Of a stretch of DNA of 64,000 nucleotides, positions 1 to 12,500 are shown piece after piece. Source of the stretch: Rhynchobatus australiae. Lineage: Eukaryota. A model generated the notes under the pieces. It was not told the origin of the DNA. It made no database searches and saw only the letters and a list, made by a program, of their open reading frames with translations. The stretch lies in contig JAUZTB010000070.1 of NCBI GenBank assembly GCA_034780895.1, forward strand, positions 15,486,103 through 15,550,102, read 5' to 3'. Positions within the stretch are counted from its first letter, which is position 1, and each line of letters begins with the position of its first letter. A program made the position numbers and the translations under genes.

Positions 1-100
1 AGAGAACAATAGAAACACGGAAGAGATGAAGAAGAGAAAGGGGAGAGAGAAATTTAGGGAGAGAGAGAGAGAGAGAGAGAGGATAGAGAAGGGGAAGAAA
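1..100. repeat. GA-rich tract / (GA)n microsatellite
   Basis: Visible directly. Confidence 0.85.
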
Positions 101-456
101 TGTGGGTCTGACCAGTATAACAGTTTGGAATTTACAACTACCAGCAGTTACTAAGGTACAGTGTTGACATATACAAGGGAAAGCTGGATAAACATGAGTG
201 AGAAAGGAGGAGGAGGTTATTCTATTTGAAAGACCAGCGATTAATTGAAGATATAATATCAGTTGAACATAAAATGGCCAATAACAATATTTTACCTGTG
301 ACCACATTGCAATTTCCGATCTCTTATATGTCCATTCCATTGGCATAGGATCACAGGGTCAATGTTAAACGTAAATTCTAAGGGCTTGGAGACTGCAAGT
401 GGCTCCCATGGATCCAACATACAGTCCTGATTAAAAAATATCAACTGAAGTTTCAC

Positions 457-544
457 CTGTTCTAGACTCTCCACATCTGCTCGGAACCCCGACAGGAGAG
501 GGACCTCCAGGACTGCCATGTTCGAAGAGCCAGAATGTAGCCAC
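457..544 (-). CDS. CPAMD8: CPAMD8 exon 36 ([29 protein letters not shown]), start of A2M receptor-binding domain
   Basis: [13 protein letters not shown] motif; cctAG / CAG|GTGAAA; 88 nt. Confidence 0.96.
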
Positions 545-3500
545 CTAGGGAAGAATCATTGGTTAGATATGGAGAACTCTCCCTTCACAGCTGTCAAATA
601 CTGCTTGGGCAGGAAGACTGACGGGGTGGACTGCGATGAAGGGCGGAGTGACGAGCAGTGAGGCAGTATTGGGTGGAAGGCTGTATACCTGGCACAGGCC
701 TCCACCGTGAGCTTGTACTCCTGATGATCCTGGTCTGAAGCTGGGTCATCATCATGGTGCAGTGCCCGCTCCTGGCGTGACCTCTTTGACCGGTTGTCAC
801 TCCTAGATGCAGGCCTGGCGAGGTGTCGGTGTTGGTCCCCCTCATGGTTCGGTTCCTTCAGATTCACCGACAGCTGGAACGCCGGTTTGGCCACTGGATC
901 CGGCACGTTGTAGCTCACGTCAATCTACGAAGATTGAGACTAATTTACAGTCAGCACAAACTTTGTCAGCACTCTTCCTCCACTGTCCCAGAACATAGGT
1001 TTCCCAATCCAGCTGCTACCAATCACAGCTTCCAGCTTCCACAAAATATGCATTTGTTCCCTGAAGTTATTTTATTTTCTCTAGTTAGACCTTAAGGCTT
1101 TTGGAGCAAACATTTCATTCATCACTGACTCTTAATGGGACATGGATTCCACAGATACTGATCTTCACTGGGGGATGAGTCCCACAGGCACCGACTCTCT
1201 CTGGGGTACAGTTCGTCAGACTCATTTCTAATTGGGGTTCGCGTCCCACACATACCAACCCCCACTGGAGTCTGAGGCCCACAGACACCATCTCTCTCTG
1301 GGATGTGTGTCCCACAGACAACGACTTTCATTGGGTATATGTTCTACGGAGGTAGGTCCCATATACACCAACTCAGACTGAAGTACAAGTCCAACTGATG
1401 CTAACTCTTCAATTGAATCCTATCCCATTTTTTTTGCAATCTATTATCAGACTTTTCTTAGTTGGAGTCAGTGGAGTGTGAACTGGGCATGTGGCTTCAT
1501 TCTCTCTTCCTTCCACTCTTGGCCCAATAACCATCCCTAGATGCTGATGTGGCCACAGTCAATAAAGACAAGGATTGGATCAGTCTTCTCACATGCAAGG
1601 TGTCAGCTGCAAGTCACTGGCAGGGTGCCAAGCTCATCACAATGATGTGCTGTCTTAAAGGAACTGTGCATGTAGATTCTGTGGGAACTTTCAAAATGGA
1701 AATAGATCAATATTGAAGGGAAATCATTTCCAGGGCAAGTATGTATAACCAGTTGGGCAGTTTCTTGGAAAGCACAGTCACAGTAGGGCAAGTGACCTCC
1801 TCTGTACTGATTCAATGATTACTTGGTATTCAGGATCTCAGGCAGAGAAGGCAAAGGACTCAAATATGACACTGCTATTTCTCTGCCTTACCTGCATCAA
1901 ACAGCAGCCTTCTCCCTTGGCACTAACAAACAGACCAGTCGGAACTCTTGGGATCTAGAAAGACAGGGAACAGACAGAAATATCAGAACATCTTCAATGG
2001 TGTTACTGCAGCAGTTGAGAGAATTCAATAAACACTGAGCCTCACCGACGGACACTCCTCAGGCTGACCCTGCCCCGTTACAGCACAATTTCATTTGGGT
2101 ATAATGATACTCCCAGATTCCCTGTTTATCCCAAGATAAGACTTCTTCCCACCACTGCTATGAATCCATTAAAATCTCTGCCATTAGTTCATGACGACCT
2201 TTACTTCAGCATATGCCTCAATGCCTCACTGAAAACTACTTCAGCAAAGCCCATCAGCATTGTATCATCATTGCCCCGTGGCTGCATCAGTGCCAACCAA
2301 TGTCTTCTCCAGAGAACTGACTTCATTCCTTTATCCTAATCTTCAAAATCCTCTCCAACTTTACGACATAAGAAACAGAACTTGTAATAGGTCATTTGGC
2401 CCCTTGTGCCTGTTCTGTCATTCAATTAGATCATGGCTGATATTCTCCCTCAGTCCCATCTTCTTGCACTAACCACAATCTCCTTGATTCCCTTAATTTC
2501 TAAAATCCTGCCAGTCTAAATGTCTTGAATGTACTCAACAGCTGAGCCTCCACAGCACTCTTGGACTGGGAATTCCAAACATTCACCATTCTCTGCATGA
2601 CAGCATTTTTTCTCAGTCTATCAATCTCTGATTCCTTATTTTGAGACTGTGATCCCTGGTAAGCATCCATGGCCAGGGGAAACTTCAATTCTGAACATGC
2701 TCTGTGAAGCCCCCTTAGCCTTTTGTACATTTCAATGAGATCACCTCTCATTCTTCTAAACTCTATAGGAATCTGGTGAACCTTCACTGTACATCCTCTA
2801 TCATATGTCTACCTTTCCTTAGGTAGAGAGACCATACTTGAACACAATATTCCAGTTGGGCTCCAGATACTGCAGCAATATTCATCAGGACTAGATCCCC
2901 ATGGCAACTTGGGGATCCCAACTTAATTCCCTCATCCTAATCTTCAAAATTCCCCTTGGCCTTGCTGCCTTGCCCACCAGAAGGTTTTCCCTCTACTCTT
3001 CTAGCTCGTGGCTTCTTCCCTCATCCACAATTGCAATGTGATGGTCAAACACTGCCTTCCAGCAGCCTGAAGTCTCCCTCCAAGGACCCTTTCACCTCAC
3101 CAACCTCTCCAGCTCTGCACTCTGGACCCTATACTCTGGACTTCACCTCAAACCTTTCTTTAATCCCCCCCCCACTTGATCTCCACCTCCTTCCTNNNNN
3201 NNNNNNNNAGACAATAATTTCTCTACCCACTAACCTCACACAGTTGCCCTACTCTCCAGAGTTAGCTACAGACAGTGACCCTCAAGAGAATTTTGGTGGC
3301 AAGAACAGACATAATTGACTAATTTTCCCCATCAATCACTACAGTGGGTGATTGGGATTGATTTTGTGTACTTTATTTATATTCTACAGCTCCCCTCAAC
3401 CCCATGCAATTTTCTGAGAAATAATCCTGCCTTTATCTGAAGACATTCCTGGAGATTTAGTCAGGAGTTCTGTTTACTGTATTTTATAGAAACTCAGTTG

Positions 3501-6500
3501 AAGTGAACTCTTCTCTTTGCTCAGCCTTGCTCTTCCTTTCTAACTCATTGACTAATGCTCCCTTCGCGTTTAGACTACTTGACAATACATATACACCACT
3601 TCCTTTGCACAGATTTAGCCAGTCTACACACTCACACGCTTTACTCTTTCACGTGTAGAAGTGTGAGATTGAAACGTGTGTTTTCACAACAGGACACTGA
3701 CTGCTTCTCACCGCCGCTGTCTGCAGAATCTTCTTATTGTCCCTGTTGAGCTCGAAGGATTCCTGGAAGTCCAAATTAGTTGATGCGAGAGAGATAGTGA
3801 GATTGACCCCTCCAACATAGGAGAGAATGGCATACTCCGACAGTGCCTGCAGAGCTACGCAGGTATCCTAGAGAGAGATTAAACAGCAACAGTTCCACTG
3901 ACTGTGGGCCACACATTCAGTTCATAGACTTCACCAAACAGAACAAAGAGGGAAAGGGAAGGAGGTGCCTGTGCGCGTGCACTGAGGGAATGTGTGACTG
4001 TTTGCACGCTTACCAGTACCGACAATCGGTTTACATGTTTATCCATGTAAGACTTGCATGTTTCCCCATTATTGGTCTGCAGTTTGTTTACTGTATAGTG
4101 TCCAGTGGTTTGCATTTTTACCCACTACAAACGAATACATTGAAAATTTACCCACAGACAGGCTGAGACCTTGCTTGTACACCCTGCAGTTTGCATGTTC
4201 ACCCATGAATTGCAAGTTATTGGTGTGTTTACCTGTGTGGATGAGAATCCTCCCAGTGCGTTGCGCTGTTGAGAGAGCCATTTCACAACAGGAAGGGCTG
4301 ATGCCACATCCCCAAGGGAGGTGTAGGTGAGGAGGGCATAGGCTGTCATCTCCACCTCTGCTGACACAACTGTGCATGGGAGACACGAGAGGCAGATTCA
4401 CAGAACAATCACTTCACATTGTAATCAGCTTCCTGGCACAGGTTCCTGCTCATGAAGTGACCACCGAGTTACATGAAGTAATCCAAAACCACTGCATGGC
4501 TTGAGCTCCCCCCCATTATTGTAAACCCCTCCTCCCCCAAAATAGGAGTCCTGGACCTAAAGAGGCAACCCTATTCTCATAGAGTAACTCACACCCCCAC
4601 CCATAGTTTACGCCCCGTTCATATCTCAAATCACATTTTCCCCCACATATTGCTCACTCCTCCCCATGTGAGCCTCTCCCCACAGTGCAAGTACTTCCCC
4701 TACAATGCAACTTCCTTCCTCATAATTTAAACCCTTCCCATGGCGTGAGATGTCTCTTACTGCACAATTCCCAATTCTTCTACAAAAACAGAAAATGCTG
4801 GAAATACTTAGCAGGTCAGGCCACATTTCTGGGAAGAGAAAGAGATGAGAGAAATGTCTTCCCACAGATATGGCCTGAACTGCTGAGTATTTCCAGCATT
4901 TTTAGTTTTTACCTCTGATTTACGTCATCATTCTCAATTCCTCCCCTATGGTGTAGACACCTTATGCTCCCTGCCTTAAAGCTGTCACCACCACCACCCT
5001 CCCCACATCCCTGATCAGTGTTTGAGCCTCACCAGTTGTCACTGAGGATGGGGACATCCTTTGCAGGGACAGCTGGCACAGAGGACATGTCTCAAAACCC
5101 ATGCACCAGTTACATATATAAACAGCAGGCAGGGGCTGTATCCCAAAGGTGTCCCTTACCTGACTGCGAGAGGCCATCATTGAAACCCATAAATGTATCC
5201 TCATCCGTGACTGTGGTGCCCATCAGACTCCAGTGTGTGAAACCATCTACAATTCAGAAAGTAAATGACTGCACTCACATACCAGGTTTAGCTTGCAAAA
5301 AGAGACTGGAAACAAGGAGAGACCTTTTCCTCACGTATGATAGGTATGATCTGGGATGCCCTCCTGAAAGGTTGGTGGAATCAGATTCGATAAGAGCTCT
5401 TGGAAGGTGTGATTGAAGAGATCTAATTTACAGGGTTGTAGGGAAACAGCTCAGGGTGAGACCAGTACAGGCACCTTGGAATGAATGGCCTCTCCTCTGC
5501 TGTGAGATTCTAAAACCATCCCTGTGTTTGGCTGGTTATTCATTCTGGAAACAATTGAGTGCATCGGGCCTTCATTTAGTGGGTCTGAGACTAAATCCAG
5601 GCTATGTCAGTGGGTATGAAAGATTCTTCTGATTGCTCAGCCACTTGAAACAATCCAGAGCTCTGCTTTCCTGAACTAGCTGGTGTTAGGGGAAGGTCCC
5701 TATTCTCAATCTATCCAGCACTCCATCACATCATCGCAAACAGCCAGTAAACACAGAGAGCCAGCTTCCCTTTCAGCAACCAGATAAACGCTTCCTCACT
5801 GTCCTAAAATCTACAAATGCACATATAATGATAGCCACAGAAATTGGTAGGGCCACACTTTATGTATTACATGACAAATTTCAATGAGAATGGAAAATCA
5901 GGGGTTGATGACAATCTGCACAAAGTTGATCATTTTCTTTCTTTCATAGACATGTATGCAATATACCCTCAATACCCAGGGCTCAAAACTACCTCCAGAA
6001 TTTTCATCCATAATACTCATGAGGCCTGCTTTGTTGTTATTTTTAAAAATCTCCCTGAGCAGACGCAGTCCGTGAAGCCTGGTTCTGTGAATCTACCTCG
6101 GGCAGCTCCCCATTAAATAACATTTACCTGGATCTCCCTTGGGACCCTGCCATTCACTCTACCTATTGGTAATAACATCCATCCAACCCCTCACCCCCAC
6201 AGCTCATAACACTCACCCAAATCCCATCCCGTCAACTACTGACCTGCCCCTCCCACCACCTCCAAACACCCAGTATTGATCTGACCCCCTGCTCCCTGCT
6301 GACTCAACCTCCACTACTATCCAATATCTGTGTATACGTAACCTCCCCCCCACCCCCCTCAGTTCCACTCTTCCTGCACAGACTTTAAAAATATACTATT
6401 TACTTTATAGTGTCTCTCCTCACTCTTCCTACACCACCAATCCTGGGTAACCGTGACATGATTGATAATNNNNNNNNNNNNNNNNNNNNNNNNNNNNNNN

Positions 6501-9500
6501 NNNNNNNNNNNNNNNNNNNNNNNNNNNNNNNNNNNNNNNNNNNNNNNNNNNNNNNNNNNNNNNNNNNNNNNNNNNNNNNNNNNNNNNNNNNNNNTCAATG
6601 TAACTGCACTGTGTAATGAATTGACCTGTACGATCGATTTGTAAGACAAGCTTTTCACTGTACCTTGGTACAAGTGACAATAATAAACCAATACCAACAC
6701 CAAGTCATTCCAAAGCTTTTGTGCCTGGCCTATCTTATACTACTCTCTGCACATTTCAAATCACACAAAACCTTGCTGACTGTGTCATACCTCGCACCAA
6801 GTCCCATTCTCCCATTACCTTGTGCTCACTGACCTGCCCTGGTTAAGCAATGCCTATGTTTCAAGTACTTCCACACCTCATCTCTTCTTATCTCCCTTCT
6901 GCCCGACAACCCTCTGACATCTCCTCATTCTACCTCTTCTTCACTACCAACTTTAATCGCTTCATCATTCAGAGCTGTAGCTTCATTTCTTAGGTTCTGT
7001 GTTCCTGGATTCTCTCCTAAGTCCCTTAGTTTCTCTATCTTTCTCCTGTCCTTTAAGATACTCTTTAAACCTTTCAGTCACTTGCCCAAATACCTCCTTA
7101 AGTAACTTTGACAATTTATTTGTTGGAGTTTTTCAGAAACTCATCTGGATTTGTTGCTGTGTTAAATGAAGTTGTTGTGGTTGAATTTATCCACATAGCC
7201 CAGGATTGGACGCACCTTGCATGATGGCCATGTTGTTGAGTTTTCTCAGTGCGGCTGAGGCGTGCTTGCTCCGGAGCAGGGTCAGTGCATAGGCAGAGAG
7301 GGCTGTGGTGTAAGGATCATCTGCCGAGTACATGTTTGCTTCCAGGAAATGTTTAGCTTTTCCAACCGCAGCTTTTTCCTCCTAAAACCACAAAATATAG
7401 AGGGAAAAGCAACAACTAAAAGTGTACAATCTTCACTCCAGACACACTAGCCTCCCCTGATAAACGTCATTCTTCTTTCCTGGATTGAGAAAACAGCACT
7501 CCCTCTCACTGCTACAACCAGCAGACACTCTGTCTATCAGATTGATAATACTTTCCCCCCTCTCTCTCTCTGGCTTTGTCAATCAGGCACACGACACTCT
7601 TGTTTTCATTGTACTGTATACATGGTGCTCTTTCTTTCTCACTCTCTACGTATTAGGGGACCAGCAAAGTCTCTCTCTCCATCTTTCAGACAGTTGGATC
7701 ACTCTCTCCCTCTTTTGCGTACATGACCTCCCCCACCACCCGAACCCCTCTCTCAGGTGGACGGCACTTTTCCCCTCTCTCTGTCAGGCCCATGTCATTT
7801 TGTCTCTGTCTATTAGACCAGCAGCTCTCTCTCTCTCCCCACCTCTCTATTAGACAAACAGCAAGCTTTTTCTTGCCATCTCTCTCCTTTTCTCTGTCTA
7901 TGATGCAACCATTAGGCAACTCTTTTTCTCTATCAGGCACTTGTTATCCTCTCCCTCCTCCCTCTGTCCATCAGCATGCTTGCTTTCTCACTCTATTAGA
8001 TACATAATGTGTGTTCTCCTCCGCCTCTCTCTCTGTCTTTATCTATCAGCCAGCTTGCTTTCTCACTGTCCATTAAGTACATGAGGTATGCTCTCCCGTG
8101 CCCCCCCACCTCTCTCTCCATTTATTGTGTACATTGTTGTCTCTCTCACTCTCTTGAACGAGCACGGTTCTCTCAGCCTGAGCCCACAGTTGTTTGGAGG
8201 GAGTACCAACAATGTCATTTAATCACAAATATTCCAGAGTTGGGCACACATGGGAAAGACAGGGTATATCGGAGTTCATTGTCCTATTGAGGCATGAGGT
8301 TGGACTGTACGAGCAGGTGAATCTTGCTGCTCTTCTGATCACTGCCAGCTCCCTGTCTCCTGCTGGTGAGGACACAGATTTAAGAGCTGTAGTTTCTTCC
8401 TGTTTCCTGACCCCTCCAGAGTTGATGTGGAGAGGGAGAGAGCAGCAAATGCCTGAGAAAACAGGAATTCAAGGAATTCATACATTCCTCCATCTCCCTG
8501 TTAAAAACCCCATGGAATCCCCTCTGGCCCTTGTTAACCTGTGTCCGTTCCCCTGCAAACCTCTTCAAATTACAATCAGTGACTGAAACAGGATTAACTC
8601 TACCTAATTAGCGTTCACCTGTCAAATCCTATTAACCCTTTCATTCCACTTACCCTAAAGACAACTAAACAGAGTAGTGGGTCACACTCATGTGTTCAAA
8701 CATCTGGATCAGAACATTACAGGGGCTGTGCTGTTCCTGCCCTGAGAGAATTTAATGGGACAATGTTGAGCAAGCTTCTGTGTCTAAACTGTGCTGTCCT
8801 TTCATTGGGCATGTTTGATGACACAGTGTACCTATATCCTCTTTGCCCGATGACAATTCCCTCTGGTTACCCTCCATATTAGGAACTTTGAATGATATGT
8901 AAAAGATATGTTCCACTGGATGACTCTGGAGACAAGTAACATGGTTTAGACGTTCTCTCATCACATTGGGATTTTTGGCTTTATCGTTTTCTGTCTATAA
9001 ACAAACCTTAAACCTGTCATTCATCCCATTGTATCTCATGTTATTGGGAAGAGGAACTGTACCTCAGGGATTGGGAGCCTATTAGAGAGCAGGTTGGCTT
9101 TGGGTAACTCTGAAGACCTTTTGGCCAGAACTTTGCAGAACAATGTCAATTTGGCCAATATAGCTTTTCCTGGATTTTCTGCTTCTAAAGGTGGTGGCAT
9201 AGCCCAAGTCTGATGAGAGTCTTCCCAACCCCTTCTCATCCACACTTCAACCAGTCACCATAATCCAAATGTGAGCCACTGCAAGGGCCGGGTGAGGAAC
9301 TCGACCCTACCTCAGAGGTGATGCCTGTCTCCAGAAGTGCAGCAACAACGTAGGCAGTCAGTGAGATCTTGCCATGGATTCCACCCTGAAAAAATTGGAA
9401 TAAGGAATTCACTGCTGATGCCAAGTTTGGTCCTGGAACTTAAAGAGGTCAACAGTACAAACAGGCAATCACACACAGAAAGATCCCACAAACAGCAATC

Positions 9501-12500
9501 TGATCACTGACCAGCCAAACTGCTTTGGTTGTGTTGGTGGAGGGAGGAATGTCGGCCAAAACACCCGAAGGACTCCCCTGCTCTTCATCGATTAGTTGCC
9601 GTGGGATCTTTAACATCCACCTGAACAGGGAGATGGACCTTGTTGTAACGCAGTGTTGGCCAACAGAAATCACTGACTAGCCACAGCTGGGGGCTATGGT
9701 GACTGTTTTAGCCGAATGCACTAATGTTAGTAGATCCTACCTGACACACAGTCACACAACACAGATAAACATACTTCATATGTGCTCATTTATGTAATAA
9801 TTGTCACCATTTGGTATCCAAAGATGTAAACACTCATCCACCTTGCTTGTTGTTGATGATTTTAATCAAAAAATGCACAAAACAATTGAAGTTCACTGAC
9901 ACACAAAGGCATATACAGATTGCATGCCAATGGAGTCGAGTCCCTTCACTTTCCCGACCTACCCTTTCCCTCTTCCTCTACCTCTCCCAGATGCCTTGTG
10001 CTGGTGAATGTGATGTTATTTCTCGGGGAGAGGCCGTGTGGAATTACCTGGATGTCCTTGTTCAGAATGCGCCCGACCGCAGGGAATGAGCCATCTTCCT
10101 GCTGATGTTGTATAATCCATTCCTTGGCAGTGGCGAGTTCCTTCGGGTCAATGTAAATAAACCCACGGGACTGTGCAAAGGATTTCAGTACGAATGCCGT
10201 CAGCCTAGGAGAAACATTGGAGACACAGGAGGGAGACATTAGTTCTGCTCTCCATGACTCCAAACATGACACATTGGTGGAGTTTAACATTACTGAATTT
10301 TAAGTGGTGCCCTTAACATTTGATCACTAATTCATCAAGGGAAAGTGTGGATATTGGCCAATATTAGTGATATGATGGGGAGAGGGCCAGTGATGTAGGA
10401 ATTCACTTTGACCACTTTTCAAAGCCAATTTACACACATACATACACACGCACTATACATATACATAGATGCACAAATCCTCAATATACTTAATGATTGT
10501 TTGGAAGGGGATACCTGCTGTTCTACTCAATCCCAGGGAGGGCTGACATTGATGGAAGTTGAGTGGGTGAATTGGGAATGAGGGGGTAAAACCTCCCTCC
10601 TGACCAGCTCAAGGTTCAGACTGGCACCAGCAAACTCCCACCCAGTGAGAGGTTGTTGCAAATTGTCAGTGTGGCTGGAGCCAATCCGATTGGAAGCTTG
10701 GATTCAGGCCGAGATTAAACTCTCTGAAAATGAGCTGTGTGTGTTTTTTTATAAAGTGACGTCAACATACTGAGTGCTCAGAAAGGCTTATTTAGGAAAA
10801 CAGAACATTCACAACTGAACTGGCATCTCGGGTTAAATGTTAAAATTGCAAGATTAGGGCTGTGCTTTAAAACTCCCCTGAGGCCCCAAAACCTATTAAG
10901 AAAACTGCTGCTAATGACTCCTGGGCCTTTGCAGCTCACACCAGAGTGAGAGAGTTGAGAGAGTGAGAGAGTGAGAGAGTGAGAGAGTNNNNNNNNNNNN
11001 NNNNNNNNNNNNNNNNNNNNNNNNNNNNNNNNNNNNNNNNNNNNNNNNNNNNNNNNNNNNNNNNNNNNNNNNNNNNNNNNNNNNNNNNNNNNNNNNNNNN
11101 NNNNNNNNNNNNNNNNNNNNNNNNNNNNNNNNNNNNNNNNNNNNNNNNNNNNNNNNNNNNNNNNNNNNNNNNNNNNNNNNNNNNNNNNNNNNNNNNNNNN
11201 NNNNNNNNNNNNNNNNNNNNNNNNNNNNNNNNNNNNNNNNNNNNNNNNNNNNNNNNNNNNNNNNNNNNNNNNNNNNNTAAGTAACGGCCTGTCACAATCT
11301 TTCACGGTGAGGGACTGAATCGCGCCAGGCATTGTGTAAGGGGTTGCTACCTCTCTCAAATGATTTACTCTGGTATTTTACATTGACCTGGCTGTGGGGG
11401 GGCAGGAAAGGTCAGTGGCTCTGCAACAGAACTTAAAGTGTGCCTCCACAATAGCTGTTTACATCTGGTTTTGTGTGCTGTGTTGGTCAATGTTCTGATG
11501 CAGTTTATTCCATTTCAGTGACTAAAGAGAATCGCCAAATCTTTATGGAATGGATTAGGTTCCAATGATGAAGACATCGGACCCTTTCCTACAGCTCAGA
11601 GTTGAAGATCGTCACCGTATCATTGTTTGTTTAGTTCATGTCACGTTTAAACGTAGCAATTGAGCCCCGAGAGCTTAGTCACTCATTCAACAGCACCATG
11701 ACTCCTCTGTGTTTTAACTTTACCTACCTGACTCGGTTCTGTAACCAATAAAACATCTTTGGCTGAATAAAGGGAAACCTAAAAGTTACTCAGGCCCTTC
11801 CTATATCATATCCTGGGAGTTCGCTGAAGAAGCCAATTCACGTTTTGCTTAAAAACTGTCCATCTCAAAGGGCACTACATTACCCCATGTCCAAATCAGA
11901 GGCCACAATTCCCCTGTGTCCAGCTTCAAGGGCATTGTCTTCCTGTCAAGCAGCTCTGAGGTTACAGGGCTCTTTGGGATACATGTTTTAGAGCAAATAA
12001 ATAGCCCATCAACTCTGCCACTGGGACACACCCCTGCCCATTGATCTGGTTGTCAGGGGTTTTGCTGTTCAGCATTCTTCTATCCACTGCAATAACTAAA
12101 GGGAGGCCATTTATAGCCCCCATCACTATACACAAAAAGCACTGCAAATGTTTGCCCAAGGTATCTATTGAGCTTGCTGCAGGTGCTTCAAGAGTCTGTG
12201 TCTTGCTGGAGCCTCACCTGAGAAGCCAAACAACTTGTAATACCTGACAATGAATGTTGAACAACGGAGGACATAGCATCAAAGCCCAAGCTGCTTCACC
12301 TGAACCACACACACTCATAGTTAGTGTGTCAGGAGTGTGAATCCAAACCAATCCCACCGAGTCCTAGAGTTGTATAGAACAGAAGTGGGCCCTTCAGCCC
12401 ACCATGTCCATTCCAACCATTTTGTCCACCTACACTAATCCTATTTGCCTGTGGTGACACAAGAGATTCTGCAGATGCTGGAATCTGAAGCAACACACAC

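Noticed and set aside
292-345. Possible CPAMD8 exon 37 (minus-strand [10 protein letters not shown] before CAG|GTAAAA)
   Set aside because: Only a faint echo of the expected KRYEV...VLFYFDE segment, with no good acceptor; the real exon is probably left of the window.
8194-9245. Intron 29 ORFs (8194-8586, 8752-8964, 9036-9245)
   Set aside because: No recognisable protein features or coherent splice structure.
12041-12247. Reading the unspliced ORF as a CXC chemokine, or the spliced product as CART-like
   Set aside because: Cys spacing does not fit chemokines, and no six-Cys CART exon was found downstream.
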